Assembly (NCBI GenBank): GCA_963665235.2
Contig: CAXXLX010000001.1
Coordinates: 1,344,001-1,408,000 of the forward strand
Length of the DNA: 64,000 nucleotides
Reading direction: 5' to 3'
Source of the DNA: Candidatus Poribacteria bacterium
GTDB lineage: Bacteria; Poribacteria; WGA-4E; WGA-3G
Shown: positions 1 through 9,080 of the stretch, piece by piece
Position numbering within the stretch: position 1 is the stretch's first letter
Layout of the letters: each line of letters opens with the position of its first letter
Position numbers and translations under genes: made by a program
Notes under the pieces: generated by a model
The model's database searches: none
What the model saw: only the letters and a program-made list of their open reading frames with translations
What the model was told of the DNA's origin: nothing

Positions 1-389
1 ACGAATCCCTAGAGACGTTGCTAAAAAAATATAAAATGCCCGAAGGTGTCACCACCGAGGCGCTCACGGTTCAAGAGAGCAACCTTTTTAATCTGACTGC
101 CGGGAGCAGCTATGTCTCCGGTATGGGAAACGCTAAAGACGTAATGTTTGCAGCGTTTAATATGGGGAAAGGGGACGTGCAAGGGCCATTCGCCGGAGAA
201 ACCGCTGCTTACATCGTTGAATTGGTTGAGCAGGAGGAGGCTGACCTTGAATTGTTCCGGACAGACCCTGCTGAAAAGACGAAGCGGTCTCAGACGCTCC
301 TGCAAACGAAAAAGGAGAAGGCTTATAACAATTGGTTTGCCGCTCGCAAAAACCGTGCGAATCCCTGGGTTCATGAGGACTATCGCTAA
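1..389 (+). CDS. C-terminal part of a SurA/PpiD-like peptidyl-prolyl isomerase/chaperone (5'-truncated by window)
   Basis: Open frame from window edge; 'AAFNMGKGDVQGPF..ETAAYIVELVE' and 'AYNNWF..RK..A..V..Y' resemble rotamase/PpiD C-termini. Confidence 0.5.
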   Translation, partial: ESLETLLKKYKMPEGVTTEALTVQESNLFNLTAGSSYVSGMGNAKDVMFAAFNMGKGDVQGPFAGETAAYIVELVEQEEADLELFRTDPAEKTKRSQTLLQTKKEKAYNNWFAARKNRANPWVHEDYR

Positions 390-1453
390 TTGAGAATGTC
401 GTAAAAAAAGTTCCTACGTTTCGGAACATATCCCAATTCTGAGATGGTTCGTTCGATTTCGGCTGATGGCATGCAGTAAACGGTGCCGGCTTTGCTGACG
501 ACGTTTTCCTCTATCATGGTGCCGCCCATATCGTTGGCACCGAACTTGAGCGAGAGCTGACCAATTTTTGGGCCTTGGGTGACCCACGATGACTGGAAGT
601 TATCGAAATTATCGAGAAATAAGCGGGAAATCGCTAAGGTTTTGAGGTATTCAAAACTGCCCGCGGGCGGAATGTGTGCCAGTTCTGTATTGTTCGGTTG
701 AAACGACCAACAGATAAAAGCGGTGAAGCCGCCGGTTTCATCTTGTAGGTCACGCAGTTTCATCAGATGTTCAACCCGTTCGGTGTAGCTTTCGACGTGT
801 CCATACATCATAGTGGCACTCGATTTGAGTCCGATAAGATGCCCCTGGCGCATGACTTCGAGCCATTCCGCTGCGGTGCATTTCTTAGGACTAATTATGT
901 TTCGGGCATGGTCGGTTAAGATTTCGGCACCGCCGCCGGGGATGGAGTCGAGCCCAGCGTCGCGTAACCGTGTGAGCACTTCTTGCAACGACATTCGATT
1001 AATTTTAGCAAACCAATCTAATTCGGGTGGCGAGAATCCGTGAATGTGAATTCGATAGTTCGCTTTAATCCATCGGAGGAGGTCTTCATACCACTCTAAC
1101 TTAAGTTTCGGATGTAAACCGCCTTGCATGAGAATGAGTTCGCCTCCTAAGTCAAGCGTTTCCTGTATTTTTTTTCCGAGCTCCTCCCGTTCCATTACAT
1201 AAGCGTCGGGGTCTTTTCGATGGCGGTAGAAGGCGCAAAACTCACAATCTACATAGCACCAATTGGTATAGTTAATGTTTCTATCTACTATATAGGTGAT
1301 GTAGTTTTCAGGGTGCTTTCGCTGCCGCACAATGTCTGCAGCCTGTCCGAGTGCTAGTAAATCGTGGCTCTTGAAAAGGGTGAGGCCATCATTGAAATCC
1401 AAACGTTTTCCGGCGAGTGCTTTCTCTAAAATAGGTTGAGTGCTGTTGTCCAT
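386..1453 (-). CDS. mqnC: Cyclic dehypoxanthinyl futalosine synthase (radical SAM, futalosine menaquinone pathway)
   Basis: 'DRNINYTNWCYVDCEFCAF' CxxxCxxC, 'DSIPGGGAEIL', 'QSSWVTQG', 'GGTMIEENVV'; ATG 1453 preferred over 1510. Confidence 0.88.
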   Translation of the reverse strand: MDNSTQPILEKALAGKRLDFNDGLTLFKSHDLLALGQAADIVRQRKHPENYITYIVDRNINYTNWCYVDCEFCAFYRHRKDPDAYVMEREELGKKIQETLDLGGELILMQGGLHPKLKLEWYEDLLRWIKANYRIHIHGFSPPELDWFAKINRMSLQEVLTRLRDAGLDSIPGGGAEILTDHARNIISPKKCTAAEWLEVMRQGHLIGLKSSATMMYGHVESYTERVEHLMKLRDLQDETGGFTAFICWSFQPNNTELAHIPPAGSFEYLKTLAISRLFLDNFDNFQSSWVTQGPKIGQLSLKFGANDMGGTMIEENVVSKAGTVYCMPSAEIERTISELGYVPKRRNFFYDILN

Positions 1454-1500
1454 CGGTTTTCTATTGTCCTTTTTGTATAGGTTTATTGATTGTAATAAGA

Positions 1501-1566
1501 ATTTTACCATTTTAACGCGGATATGTCAAATTTTAATTTGACATTGTCAGAAAAGTTGGGTATAAT
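1501..1566. promoter_or_regulatory. Back-to-back sigma70-type promoters for mqnC (-) and rpoZ (+)
   Basis: +: TTGACA(1538-1543)-17-TATAAT(1561-1566); -: TTGACA(1529-1524)-17-TAAAAT(1506-1501). Confidence 0.8.
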
Positions 1567-1600
1567 TAAGGATTGAGTTTGCAAATAGCGGAGGAATACA

Positions 1601-1933
1601 ATGGCGATTGTTTACCTTGAAGAATTGGTAGAAAAGGTGTCGAATAAAAATAAATACCTGGCCGTTAATATTATCTCAAAACGTGCGCGGGCACTAAATG
1701 ATGAATTCGCAGGCATCAGTTTAGCACAAAAACAGAAACCTGTCTCTGTTGCGACTGAAGAATTGGCGGCGGGTGAACTGACATACAAACAGGGGACATC
1801 AGAGCAAGAAACATCTCAACCGGCGGCGGTCTTTGCATCGGAGTCCGAGGATTTTGATGCTGTGGATGGCGATGAACAGTTTGCAGCCCTCTACGGTATT
1901 ACTGACGATGCTGATACGCAAGAAGAAGAGTAA
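1601..1933 (+). CDS. rpoZ: RNA polymerase omega subunit with acidic C-terminal tail
   Basis: 'NKYLAVNIISKRARALN...KPVSVATEELAAG'; GGAGG RBS. Confidence 0.85.
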   Translation: MAIVYLEELVEKVSNKNKYLAVNIISKRARALNDEFAGISLAQKQKPVSVATEELAAGELTYKQGTSEQETSQPAAVFASESEDFDAVDGDEQFAALYGITDDADTQEEE

Positions 1934-1983
1934 TATGGAACGGGGGGTCTTTTCTCTAAGTCCTGCGTAAAATTAAAATTTTC

Positions 1984-2012
1984 TTGACAAACTCGGAAAA
2001 ACGGTGTATACT
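1984..2012 (+). promoter_or_regulatory. Sigma70-type promoter of the tRNA/ribosomal protein operon
   Basis: TTGACA-17-TATACT. Confidence 0.75.
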
Positions 2013-2065
2013 TATATATAGGGAACCGTTCCGTTGTTTCGTCACTGAGCGTAAAAACAGGTGAC

Positions 2066-2137
2066 GCTGACGTGGCTCAATGGTAGAGCAAGTGATTTGT
2101 AATCACTAGGTTGGAGGTTCGATTCCTCTCGTCAGCT
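2066..2137 (+). tRNA. tRNA-Thr(TGT)
   Basis: Cloverleaf GCTGACG...CGTCAGC, anticodon loop TTTGTAA, TTCGA T-loop. Confidence 0.95.
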
Positions 2138-2147
2138 TTTTAAAATT

Positions 2148-2229
2148 CGGGGTGTGCTTGAGCGGTCAAAAAGGGCAGACTGTAAATCTGTTGGCTATGC
2201 CTACGGTGGTTCGAATCCATCCGCCCCGA
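2148..2229 (+). tRNA. tRNA-Tyr(GTA) with C1:G72 pair and long variable arm
   Basis: CGGGGTG TG CTT GAGCGGTCAAA AAG G GCAGA CTGTAAA TCTGT TGGCTATGCCTAC GGTGG TTCGAAT CCATC CGCCCCG A. Confidence 0.95.
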
Positions 2230-2240
2230 TTCGCTTTTGT

Positions 2241-2313
2241 GCGGGAGTAGCTCAGCTGGTAGAGCATTGGCCTTCCAAGCCATGCGTCGCGGGTTCGAAT
2301 CCCGTCTCCCGCT
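2241..2313 (+). tRNA. tRNA-Gly(TCC)
   Basis: GCGGGAG...CTCCCGC T, anticodon loop CTTCCAA. Confidence 0.95.
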
Positions 2314-2332
2314 TGGGGTCCGTTTTTAAGGT

Positions 2333-2405
<73 letters not shown>

Positions 2406-2412
2406 TCACGTT

Positions 2413-2520
2413 AATTGGCAAATGGCGATTGGCAGCAATTAGCAAGAGTTGGTGATTCATCAAAGATATTTGAAGAGCATCAGATATTTCTTGCCAATAG
2501 CCAACGCTCATAAGTCAACA
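2413..2520. repeat. Heptamer-armed inverted repeat element ((TGGCNAT/TAGCAAT)n-GCAAGA ... TCTTGC-(CAATAGC)n)
   Basis: Degenerate 7-mers flank GCAAGA/TCTTGC; same family at 5845-5970, 7362-7460, 58575-58616. Confidence 0.7.
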
Positions 2521-2587
2521 GTTTCTAATAGTCATTGTCGGATTGGACTTTGTTCAACCCGACCTACAACAAAATAGGACAGTAGTT

Positions 2588-2740
2588 ATGCCTAGAGATA
2601 TTGTGACCTTAGCCTGTGATATATGCAAACAACGGAATTACGTTACAACTCGGAATCGGCGAACACACGAAGCCCGGTATGAACGGAAAAAGTTCTGTCG
2701 ATTCTGCAGGAAACATACACTCCATAAGGAGACACGTTAA
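2588..2740 (+). CDS. rpmG: 50S ribosomal protein L33 (Zn-binding C+ form)
   Basis: [18 protein letters not shown]...[17 protein letters not shown]. Confidence 0.95.
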   Translation: MPRDIVTLACDICKQRNYVTTRNRRTHEARYERKKFCRFCRKHTLHKETR

Positions 2741-2753
2741 AACGCAGCCTTGA

Positions 2754-2827
2754 AGGCCAGTAGCTCGAACTGGTAGAGCGCCGGTCTCCAAAACCGGATG
2801 TTGGGGGTTCGAATCCCTCCTGGCCTG
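2754..2827 (+). tRNA. tRNA-Trp(CCA)
   Basis: AGGCCAG...CTGGCCT G, anticodon loop CTCCAAA; canonical position between rpmG and secE. Confidence 0.95.
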
Positions 2828-2879
2828 CTTCTCATCGGGGGCACCTGGGTGTTCCGATAAAAGAGGGTTTCTTTGTTCT

Positions 2880-3257
2880 ATGATCAAACGTATTAAACAG
2901 TATATTCAGAATATCCTTTTAGAATGGCAAAAGGTCTCTAAACCTGATGCAGAACAGGTCCGCGGCAGTACTATTGCAGTTTTAGTTGCCACCGCGCTGC
3001 TCGGTCTGTACATTTGGCTCGTTGATGGAAGCGGTAGTTATCCAACGTGGGATTCACCCCTGACCCTGCTTCTACTAATTTTAATTCCGCTGGGAGTCTT
3101 TTTTATGGGTGAGGACGCTTTGGCAAATAGACGTTTTCTGATAACCGCTATCGCGTGTATTCCTTTAATCATTGTTCTCATTAACAATTACGCGCTTAAA
3201 CTTTCACACCTTGAAGGTTTTGGGATGTCTTTTTTAAGGCATCTCTTTATCCGTTAA
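2880..3257 (+). CDS. secE: Preprotein translocase SecE with C-terminal extra TM segments
   Basis: 'EWQKVSKP...STIAVLV....LGLYIWLVD' motif; synteny trnW-secE-nusG. Confidence 0.85.
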   Translation: MIKRIKQYIQNILLEWQKVSKPDAEQVRGSTIAVLVATALLGLYIWLVDGSGSYPTWDSPLTLLLLILIPLGVFFMGEDALANRRFLITAIACIPLIIVLINNYALKLSHLEGFGMSFLRHLFIR

Positions 3258-3296
3258 CTTCAGGCTCGGGCCTATATAGATACGTGAGAATTAACT

Positions 3297-3869
3297 ATGG
3301 ACGGTTACTGGTACATTGTTCAAGTCTATACGGGACATGAAAAGAAAATAGAGCATAACCTCAAGACGCGTCTTGCTACCGATTCAGACGTAGATAAGGA
3401 ACTCCAGGACGAAATTCTACAAATTAACGTTCCGATGTCTAAGACTGTTAAAAATGAGGATGGAAAACGCAAAGTGCGAACCGTGCCGACGTATCCGGGG
3501 TATCTGCTTGTCAACTTTCTTCATGAAACGGGGCCTTATACGGAAGACCCAATTGGACAAAAGAGTTGGGCGTTCATTAGAGAAACGCCTGGCGTTATGA
3601 ATTTTTTGGGGAACGCCAATCCGACCCCGCTCGGGCCTGAAGATGTAGAGCAGATGCTGCAAAGTTCAACGGTTGAAGAGGAAGAGCCGGTCCTCGAAGT
3701 TCCATACGCAGTAGGTGATAAAGTTCGCGTGATTGAAGGGCCGTTTAGCTCGTTCACTGCTGAAATTCTCGGAATTGATGAGCAGCGGAACCGATTAAGC
3801 CTCTCTATTACTATCTTTGGCCGTTCAACACCGCTTGAACTCGGATTTCTCGGCGTGGAGCGTCTCTAG
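3297..3869 (+). CDS. nusG: Transcription termination/antitermination factor NusG
   Basis: WYIVQVYTGHE, YPGYLLV, TPGVMNFLG, KOW 'GDKVRVIEGPF', 'IFGRSTP'. Confidence 0.95.
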   Translation: MDGYWYIVQVYTGHEKKIEHNLKTRLATDSDVDKELQDEILQINVPMSKTVKNEDGKRKVRTVPTYPGYLLVNFLHETGPYTEDPIGQKSWAFIRETPGVMNFLGNANPTPLGPEDVEQMLQSSTVEEEEPVLEVPYAVGDKVRVIEGPFSSFTAEILGIDEQRNRLSLSITIFGRSTPLELGFLGVERL

Positions 3870-3900
3870 CATGTTTGTAGAGATACGGAGACATTAACAA

Positions 3901-4323
3901 ATGGCAAAAAAAGTAGCAGGTGAAGTCAAACTTCAATTAGTGTCCGGGCAAGCCACACCGCAGCCGCCTGTCGGCCCAAGTCTTGCCCCGTATGCAATTA
4001 ATCTGCAAGAATTTATCAAATCCTTCAACGCACAAACACAGCAACAGAGCGGGATGGTTGTTACAACAATCATCACCTGTTATAGCGACCGGTCCTTTAC
4101 ATTCACAGTCAAATCGCCCCCGGCGGCTGTCCTGCTTAAAACCGCTGCAAAAATCGCAAAGGGGTCAGGTGAACCGAATCGGAATAAGGTCGCTACTATT
4201 ACCGAAGCCCAAATTCGAGAAATCGCACAAACCAAATTACCAGATCTCAATACCACCGATATAGAGGCAGCAGTCCGAATGGTTGAAGGGACAGCACGTA
4301 GCATGGGTTTAACTATTGACTAA
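3901..4323 (+). CDS. rplK: 50S ribosomal protein L11
   Basis: MAKKV...[11 protein letters not shown]...GTARSMGL. Confidence 0.97.
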   Translation: MAKKVAGEVKLQLVSGQATPQPPVGPSLAPYAINLQEFIKSFNAQTQQQSGMVVTTIITCYSDRSFTFTVKSPPAAVLLKTAAKIAKGSGEPNRNKVATITEAQIREIAQTKLPDLNTTDIEAAVRMVEGTARSMGLTID

Positions 4324-4337
4324 TTTGAGGAAAAAAC

Positions 4338-5036
4338 ATGGCGAAAAGAGGAAAACGGTACCGAGAGCTTCAGCAACATGTGGAGCGGCTCCAATTATAT
4401 ACAGTGGATGAAGCAATTTCACTCCTAAAAAAGACAGGCACAGCGAAATTTGATGAAACAGTCGATTTAGCCTCCCGCCTCGGCGTTGATGCCCGCATTG
4501 CTGAACAGAATATACGCGGCACTGTTTCGCTCCCCCACGGAACGGGGAAAAGTGTACGCGTCGCTGTCTTCGCTGAAGGCGATAAAGCACAGGAAGCTGA
4601 GGAAGCTGGTGCAGACTTTGTCGGAAGTGATGACCTCGTCGATAAAATCGTTGAGGGATGGCTCGATTTTGACGCAACAATCGCAACACCCGACTTGATG
4701 CGCAGTATCACCCCAAAGTTAGGACGCATCCTCGGACCACGCGGATTAATGCCTAATCCAAAAGCTGGCACTGTCACTATCGATATCACCGAAACGCTGC
4801 AGAACATCAAAGCTGGGCAAATTGAATATCGCGTTGAACGTACATCCGGAATTGTACACGTGCCCATCGGTAAAATCTCTTTTGAGGAGCAGCAGATTAA
4901 GGAAAACTTGACCACTGTGATGGACGCGCTTGTCAAGGCACGCCCCGCATCAGCAAAAGGACGATACATTAGAAGCGTGGCTGTCTCATCAACAATGGGA
5001 AGCAGTATCCGAATTGACCCGCAGCAATTTGCATAA
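4338..5036 (+). CDS. rplA: 50S ribosomal protein L1
   Basis: [30 protein letters not shown]. Confidence 0.97.
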   Translation: MAKRGKRYRELQQHVERLQLYTVDEAISLLKKTGTAKFDETVDLASRLGVDARIAEQNIRGTVSLPHGTGKSVRVAVFAEGDKAQEAEEAGADFVGSDDLVDKIVEGWLDFDATIATPDLMRSITPKLGRILGPRGLMPNPKAGTVTIDITETLQNIKAGQIEYRVERTSGIVHVPIGKISFEEQQIKENLTTVMDALVKARPASAKGRYIRSVAVSSTMGSSIRIDPQQFA

Positions 5037-5089
5037 TTTCAAGTGAAGGAAGAATAAGTAAGAAGACACATTCCGAAAAAACAGAATAG

Positions 5090-5200
5090 AGTCGTAGACA
5101 GTAGGTGCCGTTGGCTTAATAACCTGCCGAGGCTCGGATAGGGTCGCAAAATACACCGTCTCTTTTAAGACGGTCCGTGTTTGTCCCCCCGAAGTTCGGT
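5090..5200 (+). promoter_or_regulatory. Ribosomal protein L10 leader (autoregulatory RNA)
   Basis: 'GTCGTAGACAGTAGGTGCC...TTAATAACCTGCCGAGGC' resembles the L10-leader kink-turn consensus, in the rplA-rplJ spacer. Confidence 0.75.
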
Positions 5201-5270
5201 AAAGCCTCCAGGGACCTGGAGGTTTTTCTATTTCTGGACGGAATAGTCACGAAATAAAAGGAGTTGCCCT

Positions 5271-5837
5271 ATGCCGAATGAAGCGAATATTCAGCAGGTT
5301 GGACAAATTCGAGAGCTCTTCGAAAATTCGGATGTTGTCCTTTTAGCAGATTTTCAAGGGCTCACCGTCGCGGAGGTAAACGCGTTACGCCAACAGCTGC
5401 GCGAAGCGAATATTCAATACAAAGTTTGCAAGAATACCTTGATAAACGTCGTCGCGCAGGAACGAGGCGTTGAAGGAATTGAACCCTATCTAAAAGGGAA
5501 CACCGCCCTGGCAGGTAGTGATGACCCGGCAGCCGCCACCAAAATATTGCTCGATTTTAGTGAGGAGCATGAAAACTTGGAAATTAAAGGCGGCATCCTT
5601 GGACAACGGGTAGTTGACGCTGAAGCTGTTAAAACCTTCCAAGATTTACCCTCAAAGGATGTCCTGATTGCTAAAGCTATCGGGAACATTAGCGCACCGC
5701 TCGCCGGACTTGTCGGTGTCTTGAATGCTGGGTCGCCTATCACAGGGCTCGTCAATGTGCTTAACGGCACAATACGTCAGGTGACAACTGTCCTAACACA
5801 GGTCACCGAACAGAAGAAAGCAGCCGAAGAGGCTTAA
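5271..5837 (+). CDS. rplJ: 50S ribosomal protein L10
   Basis: ADFQGLTVAE..LR..LR...YKVCKNTL; synteny. Confidence 0.95.
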   Translation: MPNEANIQQVGQIRELFENSDVVLLADFQGLTVAEVNALRQQLREANIQYKVCKNTLINVVAQERGVEGIEPYLKGNTALAGSDDPAAATKILLDFSEEHENLEIKGGILGQRVVDAEAVKTFQDLPSKDVLIAKAIGNISAPLAGLVGVLNAGSPITGLVNVLNGTIRQVTTVLTQVTEQKKAAEEA

Positions 5838-5844
5838 TTTTATC

Positions 5845-5970
5845 GCTGGCTATTGGCTTATGGCTTATAGCAAATGGCAAGAGGAAGAAACAAAGAGAAC
5901 GCTTATATTTCTTGCTAATTGCTAATCGCCAACTGCTAATTGCCAATGAGCTAATCGCCAATCGCCAAAT
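5845..5970. repeat. Heptamer-armed inverted repeat element in rplJ-rplL spacer
   Basis: tggctat tggctta tggctta tagcaaa tggcaaga ... tcttgctaat tgctaat cgccaac tgctaat tgccaat. Confidence 0.75.
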
Positions 5971-5987
5971 TGAAAGGATTGAAAAAC

Positions 5988-6380
5988 ATGGCAAACATAG
6001 AACAATTGATTGATGAAATCAGTAATATGACCGTTTTGGAACTCTCCGAATTGGTCAAAGCGTTAGAGGACAAATTCGGTGTCAGTGCTGCCGCAGCACC
6101 CGCAATCGCGGTGCCGGGAGCGGTCGCAGCTGCGGCCCCAGAAGAAGCCGCTGCGGAAGCGGAAGAAAAAACCGAATTTGATGTGCAACTCAAGGAATTT
6201 GGTGCCCAGAAAATTCCGGTTATCAAAGAGGTCCGCGCCCTTACCGGCCTCGGCTTAAAGGAAGCCAAGGAAAAGGTTGAAGCAGCCCCGGTCGTCATTC
6301 AAGAGGGTATCAGCAAAGAGGATGCGGAAAAAAGTAAAGAACGGCTTGAAGAACTTGGTGCTGTCGTCGAAATCGTCTAA
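5988..6380 (+). CDS. rplL: 50S ribosomal protein L7/L12
   Basis: [23 protein letters not shown]...[20 protein letters not shown]. Confidence 0.97.
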   Translation: MANIEQLIDEISNMTVLELSELVKALEDKFGVSAAAAPAIAVPGAVAAAAPEEAAAEAEEKTEFDVQLKEFGAQKIPVIKEVRALTGLGLKEAKEKVEAAPVVIQEGISKEDAEKSKERLEELGAVVEIV

Positions 6381-6411
6381 CCTCACCTATCAACATCAAA
6401 CGCTCGTCTAA

Positions 6412-6455
6412 AAGAAACCCATTATGGTTCACCAGCTATAATGGGTCTTCTTTTA
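6412..6455 (+). terminator. Intrinsic terminator after rplL
   Basis: AAGAAACCCATTAT...ATAATGGGTCTTCTTTTT hairpin followed by a T-run. Confidence 0.65.
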
Positions 6456-6516
6456 TATCACATTTGAAAACGCGGCGCCACGCCCCCATTTTCGGAGGAG
6501 ACTTCACTAAGCGACC

Positions 6517-7362
6517 ATGTTTAGTATCGTTGACGTTTTTTATCTCGTTTTCAGCCAATTGGCAGTAGGTGGATTCGGTATCCTTCTAATGATACCGAAA
6601 GGGGTAGTCGGCGCGAACTATTATCGCTTGATGGGGGGCATCTATCTCCTTGTTAGCGGTTTAGCCCGTTGCGCGAACCTCTCTTTCCATAAACAGGCTG
6701 TCACCTTTCGCAATTTTTTCGGATTTTTACCGGACATTGAATCTATTTTGCTCCTCAGCTTTGTTCTACTTGTCTTTGCCTATACGCTCAGTTGGTGGTT
6801 TAAAGGGGGGTGGGTTAGACAGCTCCTGTTTTTCGGCGGGATGCTCAGTGGGATTGCCTGGGTTTGTTTCAGCACCCCACGTTACCTTGAAGTTGTTCAA
6901 TTTCCCGGTGAGATGTTCCTTGTCCCGCTCCAGTTCTTGACAGCAGCTCTTCTGCTCGGCACAGTTCACAGTGGGATGTGGTTTGGGCACTGGTACCTCG
7001 TGGTTCCCGAATTGCCGGTAGCGTATTTACGGCGGTTTAATACCGTTCTGCTTTACAGCCTTTTAGGGATGACCTTTCTTTTATGCCTCAATATATTTTT
7101 TAGATGGCAATCTGCTGAGGATGTTGTTCCTTTTAACCTTTTTTATGGACTTATCCTCGGCATGCGTGTTGGTATTGGGCTCGGTGGGACGTTGTTTCTC
7201 TATTTTATTAGCTGGGATTGTTTACGTCCTAAATCGGTTGCCCGCGACGAACTCGGTGCGACCCGTGCGGCGACCGGCTTCCTATTTATCGCTATCATTA
7301 CGGTGTTTATAGGTGAGTTTTGCAGTCGCCTACTGTTTTTTGAAATGCAGTTTATATTTTAA
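6517..7362 (+). CDS. Polytopic membrane protein with GHWYL motif (function unknown; loosely DmsC/NrfD-like)
   Basis: About 8 hydrophobic segments; 'MWFGHWYL', 'RAATGFLF...GEF..R'. Confidence 0.6.
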   Translation: MFSIVDVFYLVFSQLAVGGFGILLMIPKGVVGANYYRLMGGIYLLVSGLARCANLSFHKQAVTFRNFFGFLPDIESILLLSFVLLVFAYTLSWWFKGGWVRQLLFFGGMLSGIAWVCFSTPRYLEVVQFPGEMFLVPLQFLTAALLLGTVHSGMWFGHWYLVVPELPVAYLRRFNTVLLYSLLGMTFLLCLNIFFRWQSAEDVVPFNLFYGLILGMRVGIGLGGTLFLYFISWDCLRPKSVARDELGATRAATGFLFIAIITVFIGEFCSRLLFFEMQFIF

Positions 7363-7460
7363 TGGCTATTGGCTATTGGCTATTAGCAATTAGCAATTAG
7401 CAAGATGTTGTGATTCTAAGCAGATTTCTGACGCGCGTCAGAGACCTCTTTCTCTTGCTA
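7362..7460. repeat. Heptamer-armed element directly after stop codon
   Basis: (tggctat)3(tagcaat)2 tagcaagatgttgtgattctaa ... tctcttgcta; 7400-7419 is identical (inverted) to 58575-58594. Confidence 0.75.
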
Positions 7461-7468
7461 GAAAAGGA

Positions 7469-7604
7469 CTATAGTTTGGACAATTTCTGTGGGCCTGATA
7501 CCCAATTTTCAAAGCATTTCTCATTTTTCTCTAAGTTCCTCACACAAGGACAAATAGGAGAAAAATAGGATAGGATGCGCGAAAACGCAGCCCCAGCGGG
7601 GCGA
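7469..7604 (+). mobile_element. Truncated copy of the MITE at 55330-55501 (opposite orientation)
   Basis: ctatagtttggacaatttctgtgggcctgatacccaa...cacacaaggacaaataggagaaaaata aligns by eye with the reverse complement of ~55362-55501; no second terminal IR seen. Confidence 0.75.
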
Positions 7605-7666
7605 CATGTTTATAGCAAACCCAAACAAAACAGAAGCTAGCCCCATCGGGGCGGAATGTTTATAGA
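7589..7666 (+). repeat. Pair of REP-like palindromes
   Basis: agccccagcggggcgacatgtttatag and agccccatcggggcggaatgtttatag in direct orientation. Confidence 0.65.
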
Positions 7667-7778
7667 CTACACAACCCCCTCTTTTCCCGCGTTCTCTGTG
7701 TCCTCCGCGATAATCCGCGATTTGCGGCGTACTCGCCCAAATGCGACGTGCATTCAGACAACCCACGCGAAATCCCTT

Positions 7779-7890
7779 TTCCACCCTTCCCCTCTTCTAC
7801 CCCTCCATCCTTCCACCCTTCCCCTCTTCCATTCTTCCCCTCTTCCCCTCTTCCATCCTTCCATCCTTCCCCCCTTCCATCCTTCCACCT
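7779..7890 (+). repeat. Degenerate octamer tandem repeat (TTCCMYCY)x14
   Basis: ttccaccc ttcccctc ttctaccc ctccatcc ... ttccacct. Confidence 0.9.
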
Positions 7891-7993
7891 ATCATAGTAC
7901 AAAAACTTTACACACCCCCGCCAATTAAATTTCCTTGTCAATTAAATAAAAATATGCTAAACTAATAGTATTCATTAAATAAGGAGGCACATA

Positions 7994-9064
7994 ATGAAAT
8001 CTCAAATTTTCTATGAACCTGAATCCATGAGCCTCGAGGACCGGCCCGTACCGGAAGCTAGTGATACTGACCTATTAGTTGAGGTCCGGTCGGTAGGCAT
8101 CTGCGGTTCGGATGTTGCTTACTATTTCGGCAATAGTTCCCTTGAAACCGACGACGGCAAAGGCCCACTTATCCTCGGGCACGAATTTACCGGTGAAGTG
8201 GTAGCGGTGGGAAGTGTAGCTAGAACAACAGGCGGCTTTAAAGTCGGCGACCGGGTTGTAGTGAATCCTGTGCAATCGAACCCAGATTCTTTTTGGAGTC
8301 AGAGAGGATTGTCCAACCTATGTCCTGAAAAGCGCGTTTTAGGGGTAGGCGTTGATGGCGGTTTCGCTGAATACGCTGTCTCCGATTACCGCTGGACAGT
8401 CAAACTGCCCGACAACGTCACTTATGACCAAGGCGCACTAACTGAACCGCTTGCCTGCGGCTTATATGCTGTCAACAACCTCAACGCTGAAGAGGGGCAG
8501 ACCGCCGTAGTCTTCGGCCCCGGGCCTATCGGTTTGATGATGGTTCAAGTGCTAAAAAGCCGGGGTTTGAAGAACGTCCTGCTTGTCGGAACGCGCGACT
8601 ATCGATTGGAATGTGGAAAGGAGCTCGGCGCAGATGTTATCGTCAACGTCAAGGATACCAGCTCACCACACTACGTCCAAGACCTCGGCGAAGCAATTCA
8701 GGATATCAATAACGGTGAACTAGCGGACCGCGCCATTACGGCTACCAGTTCCCTAGATGCAATTCACACTGCACTTGAGGTTACAGGAAGGCACGCTACC
8801 GTCGTTATCTTTGGGCTCCCAGGCGATGAAGATGTTATGGAGGTTCCGATCCTTGACACTATCCTTATGGACAAGACTATCAGATTCTCCTGGCTCGCCC
8901 CAAATACTTGGGAAGAAGCCGTGCAACTCATCTCTAGTGGCGATGTCGACATGGATACCATCATCAGCCATGAATTCCCACTGGAATCGCTTGTTGAAGG
9001 AATTACAAAGGTACGAAACCGCGAGGATAACTGCACGAAAGGGTTAATTAAAGTCTCTGATTAA
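7994..9064 (+). CDS. Zn-dependent medium-chain alcohol/polyol dehydrogenase
   Basis: GICGSD, LGHEFTG, TEPLAC, GPGPIG. Confidence 0.9.
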   Translation: MKSQIFYEPESMSLEDRPVPEASDTDLLVEVRSVGICGSDVAYYFGNSSLETDDGKGPLILGHEFTGEVVAVGSVARTTGGFKVGDRVVVNPVQSNPDSFWSQRGLSNLCPEKRVLGVGVDGGFAEYAVSDYRWTVKLPDNVTYDQGALTEPLACGLYAVNNLNAEEGQTAVVFGPGPIGLMMVQVLKSRGLKNVLLVGTRDYRLECGKELGADVIVNVKDTSSPHYVQDLGEAIQDINNGELADRAITATSSLDAIHTALEVTGRHATVVIFGLPGDEDVMEVPILDTILMDKTIRFSWLAPNTWEEAVQLISSGDVDMDTIISHEFPLESLVEGITKVRNREDNCTKGLIKVSD

Positions 9065-9080
9065 CTTCGGTACATAAGCA

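Noticed and set aside
7521-7965. Several short ORFs with PSILP/GRGEG repeats
   Set aside because: Artefacts of stop-free octamer repeats; no convincing RBS or domain.
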